64,000 bases of DNA from an uncultured Acidimicrobiaceae bacterium. GTDB lineage: Bacteria; Actinomycetota; Acidimicrobiia; Spongiisociales; UBA5794. Numbering within the stretch: position 1 is the first letter of the stretch; the number at the start of each line of letters is the position of its first letter. The notes under the pieces were generated by a model. It worked only from the letters and a program-made list of their open reading frames with translations, was not told the DNA's origin and made no database searches. Of the stretch, positions 30,047-39,427 are shown one piece after another. Position numbers and translations under genes: made by a program. The stretch covers positions 12,029 through 76,028 of the forward strand of contig CAYWPC010000011.1 of NCBI GenBank assembly GCA_964460075.1, in the 5' to 3' direction.

Positions 30047-31006
30047 TCACCATCTCTTCTCCGAACGGTTACGTAGCCAGATGGCAGTCCCGTTGAGCAG
30101 GAACAGCACGACAAGGAGAACCACGATTGCGGCAGGGGCGAGTGTTGCGGCGAACGCAGCCTGAGTTTGGCGTGACCATGAGAAGACAATCACAGGGAGG
30201 GCCGTATAGGCGCCAGTGAGCTTGTCAAATATCGAGGCGCTTCCTGGCGGTGCGAAATACCCGGTGGCCACACCTATGACCAGGAGAGGCGCTGTCTCGC
30301 CAAACGCTCTGGCGAGCGTGAGAACGGTGCCTGTGAGGATGCCTGGGAGCGCTGAGGGCATCACGTGGCTTCGAATGACTTCCCACTGGGTAGCTCCCAC
30401 TGCGAATCCGGCATCCCTGATTGACTGTGGTACAGCGCGAACCGCCTCTGAGGAGGTGATGATGACGATGGGAAGGACGAGTGCGGCCATCGTGATACCG
30501 GCTGCAATAGCGTTCTTGCCTCCGGTTGATCCACCGAGTCCGATGAATCTGACGACTGGAACGAACATCGCGAGGCCGAGAAGACCGTACACGATCGATG
30601 GAACGCCAGCCAGATTGCGCACAGTCGTTTCGACGAACCGAGTAAGGCGGTTGTCTGGTGCGTACTCCTCTAGGTACACCGCAGACGAGATGCCGATTGG
30701 GAAAGCGAGCAGCACGACGAAACTCGCGATGATGACCGAGCCGACGATGCCGGTGAACACGCCTGCGGTGTCGATGTTGAGAGATAGGCCGTCGGACAGG
30801 AAGGTGAGACCTCTCGCTTGAAACGTTGGCCATGCGCTGACGATGATGTCTGCAAGGAGTGCAAGAAGGATCACAAGCGATCCGAGGAGCAGTGTGAGCA
30901 GCAGGACCTGGAACGCCACCGGCCTCCAATCGGAGTTCCCCCGCTGGATCGCTGCTGCCACTTGCTGAGATGTCGACCGTCTCTCGCTGTGCAAAGGTTT
31001 AGCCAT
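30047..31006 (-). CDS. pstA: Phosphate ABC transporter permease PstA
   Basis: ABC TMD with an EAA-like loop (ARAFGETAPLL). Adjacent to pstB and pstC. Confidence 0.9.
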   Translation of the reverse strand: MAKPLHSERRSTSQQVAAAIQRGNSDWRPVAFQVLLLTLLLGSLVILLALLADIIVSAWPTFQARGLTFLSDGLSLNIDTAGVFTGIVGSVIIASFVVLLAFPIGISSAVYLEEYAPDNRLTRFVETTVRNLAGVPSIVYGLLGLAMFVPVVRFIGLGGSTGGKNAIAAGITMAALVLPIVIITSSEAVRAVPQSIRDAGFAVGATQWEVIRSHVMPSALPGILTGTVLTLARAFGETAPLLVIGVATGYFAPPGSASIFDKLTGAYTALPVIVFSWSRQTQAAFAATLAPAAIVVLLVVLFLLNGTAIWLRNRSEKRW

Positions 31007-31929
31007 CAGTACCGCTCCCGATATCTGCGAACAATCCGGCCGCTGATCGAGTTGAGTGCGAGGGTGATGAGGAACAGGAGCAGTCCGACGAAGAACAAGC
31101 TCTGAAACGCAAGCCCCTCACCGGCGACCTGATCCGAACCTGTTGCAAGCGAAGCAACGGCTGCCGTCATTGTTTGGCCAGGCTCGAGCGGGCTCCAGGT
31201 GCGTAGTGCGCCACCGACAGCCCCCGCTGCCATGAACACGATCATGGTCTCCCCGATCGCACGAGAAAACGCGAGAATCAGGGAGGCGACCACACCGGAG
31301 AGCGCCGCGGGGAATACGACCTTGCGCACGGTGATTGCTTTGCTGGCCCCGAGTCCGTAGGAGGCCTCCCTGAGCGACATGGGAACCGCACGCATTGCAT
31401 CCTCGGACACTGTTGCAACTAGCGGTGTGATCAGAACACCCACACCGAGACCCGCGGCCAGCATCGTGAACGGCTTCGCAGACGAGAAAACTCGTTGGAC
31501 GACCTCGGGGCTGATGAAGGTCAGGGCCCAGAAACCGATGACGACAGATGGGATCCCTGCCAGCATCTCGATTGTCGGCTTCAGCCAATGTCTTGACCGT
31601 GGTGATACGTATTCAGCGAGGTAGGCCGACGCCCCGAGACCCAGAGGTATCGCGACGAACATGCCGATACCCGCAACGATGGTCGTTGCTATGAGAAGCG
31701 TGGGGATGTCATAGAGACCCCTTCGGGGAAACCATCCGATGGTGAATAGATTCGCAAGCTCGACTTGAGAGATGAAGTTCCACGCCTCTCCGGCGAGCGA
31801 CACGATGATCAGGATGCTTACCGCCACCGATGTGAAACCTCCGACGAGGAACAACGCTTTGATTCTGCGTTCCCTGCGTCGTCGCTGGGGGTCACCCGCG
31901 AGGAATGCGGTGGGGAGCGTGTGTGTCAC
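31006..31929 (-). CDS. pstC: Phosphate ABC transporter permease PstC
   Basis: ABC TMD (SRAIGETMIV). Stop overlaps the pstA start. Confidence 0.9.
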   Translation of the reverse strand: MTHTLPTAFLAGDPQRRRRERRIKALFLVGGFTSVAVSILIIVSLAGEAWNFISQVELANLFTIGWFPRRGLYDIPTLLIATTIVAGIGMFVAIPLGLGASAYLAEYVSPRSRHWLKPTIEMLAGIPSVVIGFWALTFISPEVVQRVFSSAKPFTMLAAGLGVGVLITPLVATVSEDAMRAVPMSLREASYGLGASKAITVRKVVFPAALSGVVASLILAFSRAIGETMIVFMAAGAVGGALRTWSPLEPGQTMTAAVASLATGSDQVAGEGLAFQSLFFVGLLLFLITLALNSISGRIVRRYRERY

Positions 31930-31983
31930 GGCACTAACGAGCGCTGATCATGGTCATCGTGTCGCCTCTCCTCGTTGGCCAGA

Positions 31984-33033
31984 TCAGTAGCTCTGCTTGC
32001 CTGCCGAACGGTTCTTCCAGATCTCGCGCACGGCGTCGTAGTCGGCGAGGCGAACATACCCGGCTTTGTCGACGTTCGCTAATCCCTCGTCTGAGAGGTA
32101 GAAGTCGATGTAGCCGACGAGCGCTGCATTCGTTTCGGCCTTCGCCTTGTTCACATACACGAACAGTGGGCGGGCAATCGGATACGACCCGTCGGCGATC
32201 GTGCTCGGAGTCGGTGCAACGCATCCGTCTCCTCCGTCGACGGCCAAGGCAGACACCTTGTCCAAGTTGGCGAGAAGGAACGCATATCCAACCCATCCGA
32301 GTGACGTGTCGCTTCCTGCTATTCCTTCGATGATGACATTGTCGTTCGCTGATGCGGTGTAGTCGGGTCGAGTGGCTTCCTCCTGGCCACGTGCCTTTGC
32401 AAGTTTCCCTAAGACGATCTCGACGAACGTGTCATAGGTTCCAGACTCTTCTCCTGGACCGGTGACCACGAGGTCGGCGTCTGGGTAGGGAGGGTTGGCC
32501 CCATCGAGCTGCGCGGCGAGTGTGTTTGCGTCGCTCCACTTGCGGAACCCCATCGACTCGGGTCCGATGAGCGCATAGAGGTCTTGGAAGCTCACACATG
32601 AAACTTGCGAGTTGGTTGTAGATGTCAGGATCGAAAGGCCGTCGATTGCAAACCGTAGCTCGATGAAATCGATGCCTGCCTGGCTGCATGCCTCTACTTC
32701 GGAGTCCTTGATCTGGCGAGACGCGTCCGAAATATCGGTTTCACCTGCACAGAATGCCTTGAAGCCATCGCCTGTTCCAGGTCCGCTGACGGAGATGCCG
32801 ACGTCAGGGTTGTCGATTCGGAATGATTCTGCGTTGAGTGCCGACACCGGTTCGACGGTCGATGACCCAGATATCTGAAGCGAGCCGACCTGGCCTGTGT
32901 CCGTCTCTGCGGAGGGTGCTGCTTGGCTGTCGGCCCCCACCGGTGTAGCGGCTCCGCTGCCACTCGATGCACAGGCCGAGGCCACTAATGCGATCACTCC
33001 GACAAGTGCCGCGATTTTCGCTCTCATGCTCAT
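31984..33033 (-). CDS. pstS: Phosphate-binding lipoprotein PstS
   Basis: Lipoprotein signal (LVASACASS) and periplasmic binding protein fold. ATG at 33033 after GAGAGGAA. Confidence 0.9.
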   Translation of the reverse strand: MSMRAKIAALVGVIALVASACASSGSGAATPVGADSQAAPSAETDTGQVGSLQISGSSTVEPVSALNAESFRIDNPDVGISVSGPGTGDGFKAFCAGETDISDASRQIKDSEVEACSQAGIDFIELRFAIDGLSILTSTTNSQVSCVSFQDLYALIGPESMGFRKWSDANTLAAQLDGANPPYPDADLVVTGPGEESGTYDTFVEIVLGKLAKARGQEEATRPDYTASANDNVIIEGIAGSDTSLGWVGYAFLLANLDKVSALAVDGGDGCVAPTPSTIADGSYPIARPLFVYVNKAKAETNAALVGYIDFYLSDEGLANVDKAGYVRLADYDAVREIWKNRSAGKQSY

Positions 33034-33089
33034 TCGTGTTCCTCTCGGATTCGAGGTTGCGAGCTGACGATGGCAAGGTACGAGGTGAA

Positions 33090-33129
33090 GGTGATCGGAA
33101 ACCCACGCGAAGGTGAACCCAGGGTGAAC
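33090..33129 (-). promoter_or_regulatory. PHO-box-like direct repeat array (GTTCACC-type 11-nt units) in the pstS / senX3 divergent intergenic region
   Basis: On the pstS strand the units are GATCACC (33090-33096) and GTTCACC (33112-33118 and 33123-33129), at an 11-bp phase, 57-96 bp upstream of the pstS start. Confidence 0.5.
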
Positions 33130-33191
33130 TCTTCGCGTTTGATGAGGATCGCCTGTGGTCCGTGGACGAACCGCTCCTATAGTCGACCGCG

Positions 33192-34385
33192 ATGCCTGTT
33201 TGGGTTCCCCTCGCGACAGTCGCTGTGTTGGCGATTCTTGCCGCGATTGTGTCACGGAAGCGGTTCATGGCTGCTGAGCGAACGCTGCGCTCTGTCGCCG
33301 AGAGCATCGGTGTTGACGAGATCGACGTTCGACTCGTACGAAGCTCACGCAACGTCGTCGCGGAGGCGATCTCATGTAGGGATCAGCTTGACCGATACTG
33401 CGCAGTGTTGAGGGAAGCACCGACAGGTATGGCGTTGATGTCGGCAGACGGCAACTTCGAGTTCGTGAACCTGAAGGCCGAGTCGCTGCTTGGAGTCGGA
33501 ACTGATGTGGCGATTCTTCGTGTGAGAGCGGTTGCGCTCGCTCGACGTGTCAGCTCTTGTGGGGAGAGCGAGACCGTCGAGGTCGAAACTCACGATCCCG
33601 ATAGAAGGGTCCTGTCCTTGACAGCAGTCCCGATCGGAGAGCCCCGATCGGTTGCGTTGTACCTCGACGACCTGTCCGAACGGCGCAGGGTCGAAGCTAT
33701 GCGCACAGACTTCGTAGCGAACGCCAGCCATGAGCTCAAGACACCGCTCGGAGCCTTGGCGCTGCTCGCCGAGACCCTTGTTGCTGCCCGCGACGAAGAG
33801 GTGCGGGAGCGGCTGTCGCAGCGCCTACAAACTGAGGCCTCGCGTCTCGGGAACGTGATTGATGATGTTGCACAACTCGCGGAGACACAGTCGCTCGGCT
33901 CCGAGTTCGAGGATGTCTCGATCGGTGCCGTTCTCGCAGACGCCGTCGCGTCAGTCGACACACTGGCACACGAGAAGGACATCACGATTGTCCGTGGAGA
34001 TGTCACAGACACTGTCGTTTCCGGAGACCGCGCACAGCTTGTTTCGGCTGTAGGAAACCTGCTCATCAACGCGATCACCTATACCGCTGTGAAGGGCGAG
34101 GGGGGGACGGTTACCTATCGGTGCTTGATCGACGGACCGAGCGTGCGCATTGAGGTGCAAGACACGGGCATAGGTATCCCCGCCCACTATATCGATCGCG
34201 TATTCGAGCGATTCTTCCGAGTCGATCGTGCGCGGAGCCGCGAGTCAGGTGGCACTGGACTTGGACTCTCAATCGTTCGCAACGTCGCGATTTCACACGG
34301 GGGAAGTGTCAGAGTCACCTCACTCGTCGGTGTCGGATCGACGTTCGTCATGTGGCTTCCCGTGGTTGCGGGGAGCACGCCATGA
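33192..34385 (+). CDS. senX3: Two-component sensor histidine kinase (SenX3/PhoR-like)
   Basis: N-terminal TM, HisKA (HELKTPLGALALLAETL), HATPase_c (GGTGLGLSIV). Overlaps the response regulator (ATGA). Confidence 0.85.
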   Translation: MPVWVPLATVAVLAILAAIVSRKRFMAAERTLRSVAESIGVDEIDVRLVRSSRNVVAEAISCRDQLDRYCAVLREAPTGMALMSADGNFEFVNLKAESLLGVGTDVAILRVRAVALARRVSSCGESETVEVETHDPDRRVLSLTAVPIGEPRSVALYLDDLSERRRVEAMRTDFVANASHELKTPLGALALLAETLVAARDEEVRERLSQRLQTEASRLGNVIDDVAQLAETQSLGSEFEDVSIGAVLADAVASVDTLAHEKDITIVRGDVTDTVVSGDRAQLVSAVGNLLINAITYTAVKGEGGTVTYRCLIDGPSVRIEVQDTGIGIPAHYIDRVFERFFRVDRARSRESGGTGLGLSIVRNVAISHGGSVRVTSLVGVGSTFVMWLPVVAGSTP

Positions 34386-35053
34386 GGGTTCTCATCGTGG
34401 AGGATGAGGAGGCGTACGCCGATGCCCTGGGGGTGGCGCTCGAGATGGAAGGCATCGACTCTCTCGCGGTCTTCGACGGTCGAGATGCCGTCAGGGAGTT
34501 CGGTGCAGGGCGGTTCGACGTCGTGCTGCTCGACCTCATGTTGCCGTCACTTTCAGGATTCGACGTGCTAAGGGCGATCCGGGCCGAGTCGCAGGTCCCT
34601 GTCATTGTTGTATCGGCCAAAGATGCAGAGTCCGACGTCGTGGCTGCTCTCGAGCTTGGGGCCGATGACTACCTCACCAAGCCATACTCGGCGCGCGAAT
34701 TGATAGCTCGTATCAGGGCGGTTGCGCGCAGAACAGCCGTGGGGGACTCGGACGATACGCTGAGCGTCGGCGACGTATCTCTCGATCCTGGCCGGTATCA
34801 ACTCCGTGCTGCTGGCAGTACGTTCGACTTACCCCGCAAGGAGTTCGAGGTCATGTTGATGCTGATGGAGCGGGCGGGTCGCGTGGTTACGAGGGAACGA
34901 ATTCTTGATGACGTATGGGGTTTGTCCTGGGGAGATACGCGGAGCTTGGATCAGCACATCAGGCGCCTGAGACGCAAGCTCGAACATGATCAGGACGAAG
35001 TGCGTATCGTCACGATTCGCGGCGTTGGATACCGTCTCGAGTTCGATCAATGA
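34382..35053 (+). CDS. regX3: OmpR/PhoB-family response regulator (RegX3-like)
   Basis: Receiver (RVLIVEDEE...DVVLLDLMLP) plus winged-helix trans_reg_C (RIRAVARR...VRIVTIRGVGYRL). Confidence 0.9.
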   Translation: MRVLIVEDEEAYADALGVALEMEGIDSLAVFDGRDAVREFGAGRFDVVLLDLMLPSLSGFDVLRAIRAESQVPVIVVSAKDAESDVVAALELGADDYLTKPYSARELIARIRAVARRTAVGDSDDTLSVGDVSLDPGRYQLRAAGSTFDLPRKEFEVMLMLMERAGRVVTRERILDDVWGLSWGDTRSLDQHIRRLRRKLEHDQDEVRIVTIRGVGYRLEFDQ

Positions 35054-35081
35054 CGGCCGACGACGCGGCTACCTTCGATGC

Positions 35082-35540
35082 CTAGATCGCGGCGAGCGCC
35101 TTGGTGTAGAGGCTGAACTCGCGCGCGGTTCCAAGTCCTTCAGAGGCAATGATGTCGCGTACGACACCGTCGCTGTCGAGAACATACGTCACCCTGTTGG
35201 CGCAACCCAATTCCTCATTGAACGCACCGTATGCCTGCGCGACTTGACCATGGGGCCAGAAATCAGACAGGACGGGGAATTCGAAGCCGTTGATGTCAGA
35301 CCACTTGGCGTTGGAAGGGACCGTGTCACAAGTCACGGCGACGACGTTCGCGTCGAGGGCGCTGAGCTCGGCGATGCTGTCGCGAATTGTGCAAAGCTCC
35401 CCCTCACACGTTCCGGTGAACGGGAATGGGATGAAGACGATCAGCGACTTGTTCCCTTTGATGGTGTCGAGCGATACCCGCTCGCGGTGCTGATTGTTGA
35501 GGTCAAAGGCTGGAGCTGGTTCACCTATGCGTGCAGACAT
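35082..35540 (-). CDS. ahpE: 1-Cys peroxiredoxin, AhpE-like (AhpC/TSA family)
   Basis: FPFTGTCEGELC active-site region and LSDFWPHGQVAQAYGAFNEELG, closely resembling mycobacterial AhpE as recalled. Confidence 0.85.
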   Translation of the reverse strand: MSARIGEPAPAFDLNNQHRERVSLDTIKGNKSLIVFIPFPFTGTCEGELCTIRDSIAELSALDANVVAVTCDTVPSNAKWSDINGFEFPVLSDFWPHGQVAQAYGAFNEELGCANRVTYVLDSDGVVRDIIASEGLGTAREFSLYTKALAAI

Positions 35541-35615
35541 GCTTGTTCCTTGCTCGGGAGTTGGCAGTGGGGACGAGAGTAGTGGGGCTGCAGAGTCGCT
35601 GAGACGTCTCTGCAG

Positions 35616-36776
35616 CTACTCGTGATCTGGGTCCTGTCCCAATGACGACTCGTCGAGCAGAACCCGAGCCGCCCAACCGATCGGATCGGTGAGCTCGTCG
35701 AGTGTCGGGAAACTGGCTGGCTGATCCCACACCTTTGTGAGAGCGTCGTCGCCCCAGCGCTCAACGACGTCGTCACAGAACGTTCGGGCATCGGCTGCGC
35801 GGTGTCGCTGCAGGTCAAGACCGGCGAACTGCTGAAGGAACTGTTCGGCCTGATCTGGTTCCGTTCGACGCAAGTCGTAGGCAGACTCGATCCGCTCAAG
35901 GCTCGGCACCAACTCACGTCCGCTGAGGGCAACGATGCGGTCCGCATACCCCTCGATGAATGCGGTGAATGCTTGAATCTCTCCTAGACGCTGCGGGTCG
36001 GATGTTCCTTTGATCAGGCCTCCTCCGCCGATGTCGTCCTCGCCCAACATTCGTTGGAGCTCGGTTGGGTCGCTCATCGCCCCGCTCAGTTTGCCGAGAA
36101 GATCGGAGGCGTCGATCTCGACACTTGCGTAGAACGCTTCCACAAGGTTTACGAACCGGCCGCGAATCCACTCCACAGCCATGATCCGATGAAACGCAAC
36201 TTCGTGGAGTGCCGCCCATAGGCGCACCTGGCGATGATCGATACCGTGGTCGATCGCGAAGTCGTCGAGGTTCGGCACGATGACGTATGGCCTGTCGTGA
36301 TCCATTGCAGGGATACCTGTATCGAATTGCCCTAGCGCTCGATGGGACATGAACCCGACCATGGTTCCGGCCTGGATCCCGAGCAGGGCGGGTCCCAGGG
36401 GAGCAAGCATGGCATCCATCCCCGATGGCCCTCCTGGGCCCAGGATGCCTCCGTCACCTGCAAGGTTCGAGAACTTTTCAGCTAGGGGCTCGACGAGGAT
36501 CCGGAATGCCTGTTGGTTTTCGGCAGCCCAGGTAGCGCGGTCGGTTGGGTTCAGTTCGCCAGGTGCGCGGGAAGGCACGGACGACGTCGCCGAGATCCGC
36601 ATCTCGGCGACGTGTGCAAGTTCCCTGTACTCCTCTGCGACGACAGGGTCGACGGGCTCTGGTTGGCCTGCAAGGCTCTTGGTGACCTCTCTCGCGAGTT
36701 TCCAGTTGACGGGCCCCGACGTTTGGAGCATCTTGAACAGTTGCTCAAAAATGCCTTCGTCGCCTAGTCCGTCCAT
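35616..36776 (-). CDS. Conserved hypothetical protein, possibly a zincin-like hydrolase (DUF2342-like)
   Basis: About 390 aa, soluble, with an HEVAFH motif that is not a canonical HExxH. Family assignment is from memory and is weak. Confidence 0.4.
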   Translation of the reverse strand: MDGLGDEGIFEQLFKMLQTSGPVNWKLAREVTKSLAGQPEPVDPVVAEEYRELAHVAEMRISATSSVPSRAPGELNPTDRATWAAENQQAFRILVEPLAEKFSNLAGDGGILGPGGPSGMDAMLAPLGPALLGIQAGTMVGFMSHRALGQFDTGIPAMDHDRPYVIVPNLDDFAIDHGIDHRQVRLWAALHEVAFHRIMAVEWIRGRFVNLVEAFYASVEIDASDLLGKLSGAMSDPTELQRMLGEDDIGGGGLIKGTSDPQRLGEIQAFTAFIEGYADRIVALSGRELVPSLERIESAYDLRRTEPDQAEQFLQQFAGLDLQRHRAADARTFCDDVVERWGDDALTKVWDQPASFPTLDELTDPIGWAARVLLDESSLGQDPDHE

Positions 36777-36780
36777 CTGG

Positions 36781-38322
36781 TTACCCCTGAATATTTTCGG
36801 GCCGGCGACCCAACACGACGTCAAAGGTCATCGACTCGTCGTTGCGCAGCGCCTCGAACTCGACCTTGTCACCCACGCGGTACAGACGAACAGCGAGGAT
36901 GAGGTCGGTTTGGTTCGCGATTGGCTTGTCTCCGATCCGAACGATGATGTCTCCCGGCTGGAGGCCTGCCGTGCCGGCTGCCGAATCGTTTCCTTCGATC
37001 GTCTGAATATCGGCGCCCGCCGGGACGATTGCGCCGTCTGGCGCCTCATTGACGTACGTACCGATCGTCACGCCGAGGAACGGGTGGGCGACATCGCCGG
37101 TTTCGATGATCTCGTCCGTGATGCGCTTCACCACTTCGACGGGGATGGCGTATCCGATGCCCTCCGGTCCCGCCTGCGATACGCCGATCGCAGACGTGAT
37201 ACCGATGAGCTTGCCTTCTGCGTTGACTAGGGAACCGCCAGACGATCCGCTGTTGATAGCAGCATCGGTCTGGATCATGCCGAACAACATTGATCCGTCT
37301 CCGAACTCCACTCTTCTATTGAACGCGGAGACGATGCCGACCGAGATCGATGCACCGCCGTCTTGGGCGAGAGGGTTACCGATCGCGATTGCCGGATCAC
37401 CGAGGGCAAGATCTTCGGAGGATCCGAATTCGATCGGAACGAGATCATCGGCAGAGATCTGAAGGACGGCAAGGTCTGTCAGGGAGTCACTTCCGATCAG
37501 CTCGGCTGTGTATACCCGTCCATCCTCAAAAGTGACCTCGAAATCAGTTGCATCCTTGACGACGTGGCTATTGGTGACGATGTACCCATCGTTGCTCGTT
37601 ACGACACCGGAACCGGATCCTGTGGGTACCAGCCCACCGGTGTCGCCCGTTGCCTTCTGGAGGACATTGACGGTGACGACCGACGGCACGACCTTTCGCG
37701 CAACGGCTGTTGGGTTCACGGCGCTGCCGACGCCGTTGATGATCTGGTTCGTCACCTGAGGCAGTGGTGTCGTTGCGGCAGGTGCAGCAGCAACGATCGG
37801 TGGCGGCGGGACGGCTTCGGTGCTGGTAAAGGTTCCGGTCGCAGCGAGCACACCGAGGGTTACGAGCGCTCCGAGTACGCCGGCGACGAGTGAACCGAGG
37901 ATGAGCAGCCCTCCGTGGGTGCGATCCTTCGCCTCTGCTGGATGGATCCGATCCGATACCGGCACCGGTTTAGGTTTCGGATCGGTCACCCCGTAGTAAT
38001 CGTCGTAGTCGAACTCGACGGTCGGTGTCGGCTCGAGCGACGACATGCCGGGTCTCGCTTGTGGCACAGCCGCCGTTTCCGGCGTGTCGGTTGCGTCTGG
38101 AGCATTGATCCTGTCTGGACCAGGTGCCGTATTCGGCTGGACGCGGGTGTCGAGGGAACCAGCGGAAGAATCCCCTCCCTGGCTGTTGGATTCGTCGAAA
38201 GGAATCTGGGGTGTTGTGTCGTTCATGTCCGGTGCAACGCCTGACTCGAGCGGATCGTTCCGCCCCGAGATGAAAGGAATCTGAGAATCGTCTGGCGTGG
38301 GTTCGCGGGTATCGTTCGACAT
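36781..38322 (-). CDS. htrA: HtrA/DegP-family serine protease with PDZ domain (PepD-like)
   Basis: TM anchor, catalytic triad context (TNSHVV, DLAVLQ, GSSGGSL) and C-terminal PDZ. ATG at 38322. Confidence 0.85.
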   Translation of the reverse strand: MSNDTREPTPDDSQIPFISGRNDPLESGVAPDMNDTTPQIPFDESNSQGGDSSAGSLDTRVQPNTAPGPDRINAPDATDTPETAAVPQARPGMSSLEPTPTVEFDYDDYYGVTDPKPKPVPVSDRIHPAEAKDRTHGGLLILGSLVAGVLGALVTLGVLAATGTFTSTEAVPPPPIVAAAPAATTPLPQVTNQIINGVGSAVNPTAVARKVVPSVVTVNVLQKATGDTGGLVPTGSGSGVVTSNDGYIVTNSHVVKDATDFEVTFEDGRVYTAELIGSDSLTDLAVLQISADDLVPIEFGSSEDLALGDPAIAIGNPLAQDGGASISVGIVSAFNRRVEFGDGSMLFGMIQTDAAINSGSSGGSLVNAEGKLIGITSAIGVSQAGPEGIGYAIPVEVVKRITDEIIETGDVAHPFLGVTIGTYVNEAPDGAIVPAGADIQTIEGNDSAAGTAGLQPGDIIVRIGDKPIANQTDLILAVRLYRVGDKVEFEALRNDESMTFDVVLGRRPENIQG

Positions 38323-38334
38323 AGTGGTAATTGT

Positions 38335-38802
38335 ATGAGTGATGAGTGTGTAGCTCAGAACACGTTCCTGCGTGTTTCTGTTTCCGATGCTGCGATCAAC
38401 GCGTTGGAACTCATGGAATTCGTCGCGGATCCGGCCGCTGGGTGCACGGTGCTGTTCACGGGAACGGTGCGTGACCATTCGCCTGGGCGCGATGGCGTCT
38501 CACAGTTGGAGTACGAAGCGTACGACGAGGTCGTTGAGGAGAAGCTTCGAGACATCGCTGTCGAGGCCATGGAGCGGTGGTCGATACTGAAGGTCGCCGC
38601 TGTGCATCGGACCGGTTCGCTCAGCATCGGCGAGTCTGCTGTGATGGTCGCTGTGTCTTCCGCCCATCGCACTGATGGGTTCCCTGCGGCCCGGTACATC
38701 ATCGACGAGCTCAAATCTCGCGCCCCGATCTGGAAGAAGGAGCACTGGCCGGGTGGTGCAGAGTGGGTCGAAGAGGGTGGAGGTCACGAGCGAACCCCGT
38801 GA
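38335..38802 (+). CDS. moaE: Molybdopterin synthase catalytic subunit MoaE
   Basis: MoaE fold motifs (GCTVLFTGTVRD...LEYEAY...MVAVSSAHR...IWKKE). Confidence 0.8.
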   Translation: MSDECVAQNTFLRVSVSDAAINALELMEFVADPAAGCTVLFTGTVRDHSPGRDGVSQLEYEAYDEVVEEKLRDIAVEAMERWSILKVAAVHRTGSLSIGESAVMVAVSSAHRTDGFPAARYIIDELKSRAPIWKKEHWPGGAEWVEEGGGHERTP

Positions 38803-38811
38803 GGGGACCAG

Positions 38812-39405
38812 TTACGACGGGGTGTTGAGCTGTTTCCCAACGACCATCTCTGCTGCCTCTCTGACTCCTGGGTTCCTGTCGAGAGCGGCTCTGCGGATCG
38901 CCGACTCGATACGGTCGTCCTCGAATACCGTGATCGCGGCGATTGCTCTGCGACGGACCTGAGGTGGACCGTGCTCCATGACCTCGAGCAGCATGCCGAT
39001 CGAGCGCTCATCTCCCACGGCGCCGAGCGCCGCAACGGCAGCTTCCTTGACATGGCGGTCGGTGTCGTTCTTCGCCGCGAACATCAGCCATCCGACAGCT
39101 TCTGGTGAGCCGATTTCGCCGAAGGCTGTCGCCACCGCCTCTCGAACAGTCGGCTCGCCGTCCTCCGTCAAGGCGTGCAGGGTGCCGAGCGCTGCGTCGC
39201 CACAGAGCCCAAGCTTGTCGGCTGCTGCTGTGCGTACAGCAACCTCTGGGTCTGCCGCTCGGCGCATCAGCACGGCAATGTTCGCGACGGCCTGGTCCGG
39301 CGACAGCGCTGTAACGGCCATCCTGCGGAGAACCGGATCGGCGTGCCCAAGGAACGAAACGGGTCGGTTTGTGAGCTGTACCAGTTCTTCTCGTGTTGGA
39401 GGCAT
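38812..39405 (-). CDS. HEAT-repeat (PBS-lyase-type) protein
   Basis: Repeated VRxAAxxALG units about 30 aa apart. Confidence 0.6.
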   Translation of the reverse strand: MPPTREELVQLTNRPVSFLGHADPVLRRMAVTALSPDQAVANIAVLMRRAADPEVAVRTAAADKLGLCGDAALGTLHALTEDGEPTVREAVATAFGEIGSPEAVGWLMFAAKNDTDRHVKEAAVAALGAVGDERSIGMLLEVMEHGPPQVRRRAIAAITVFEDDRIESAIRRAALDRNPGVREAAEMVVGKQLNTPS

Positions 39406-39427
39406 GGTGCTGGCCTAGCGCAGGACT

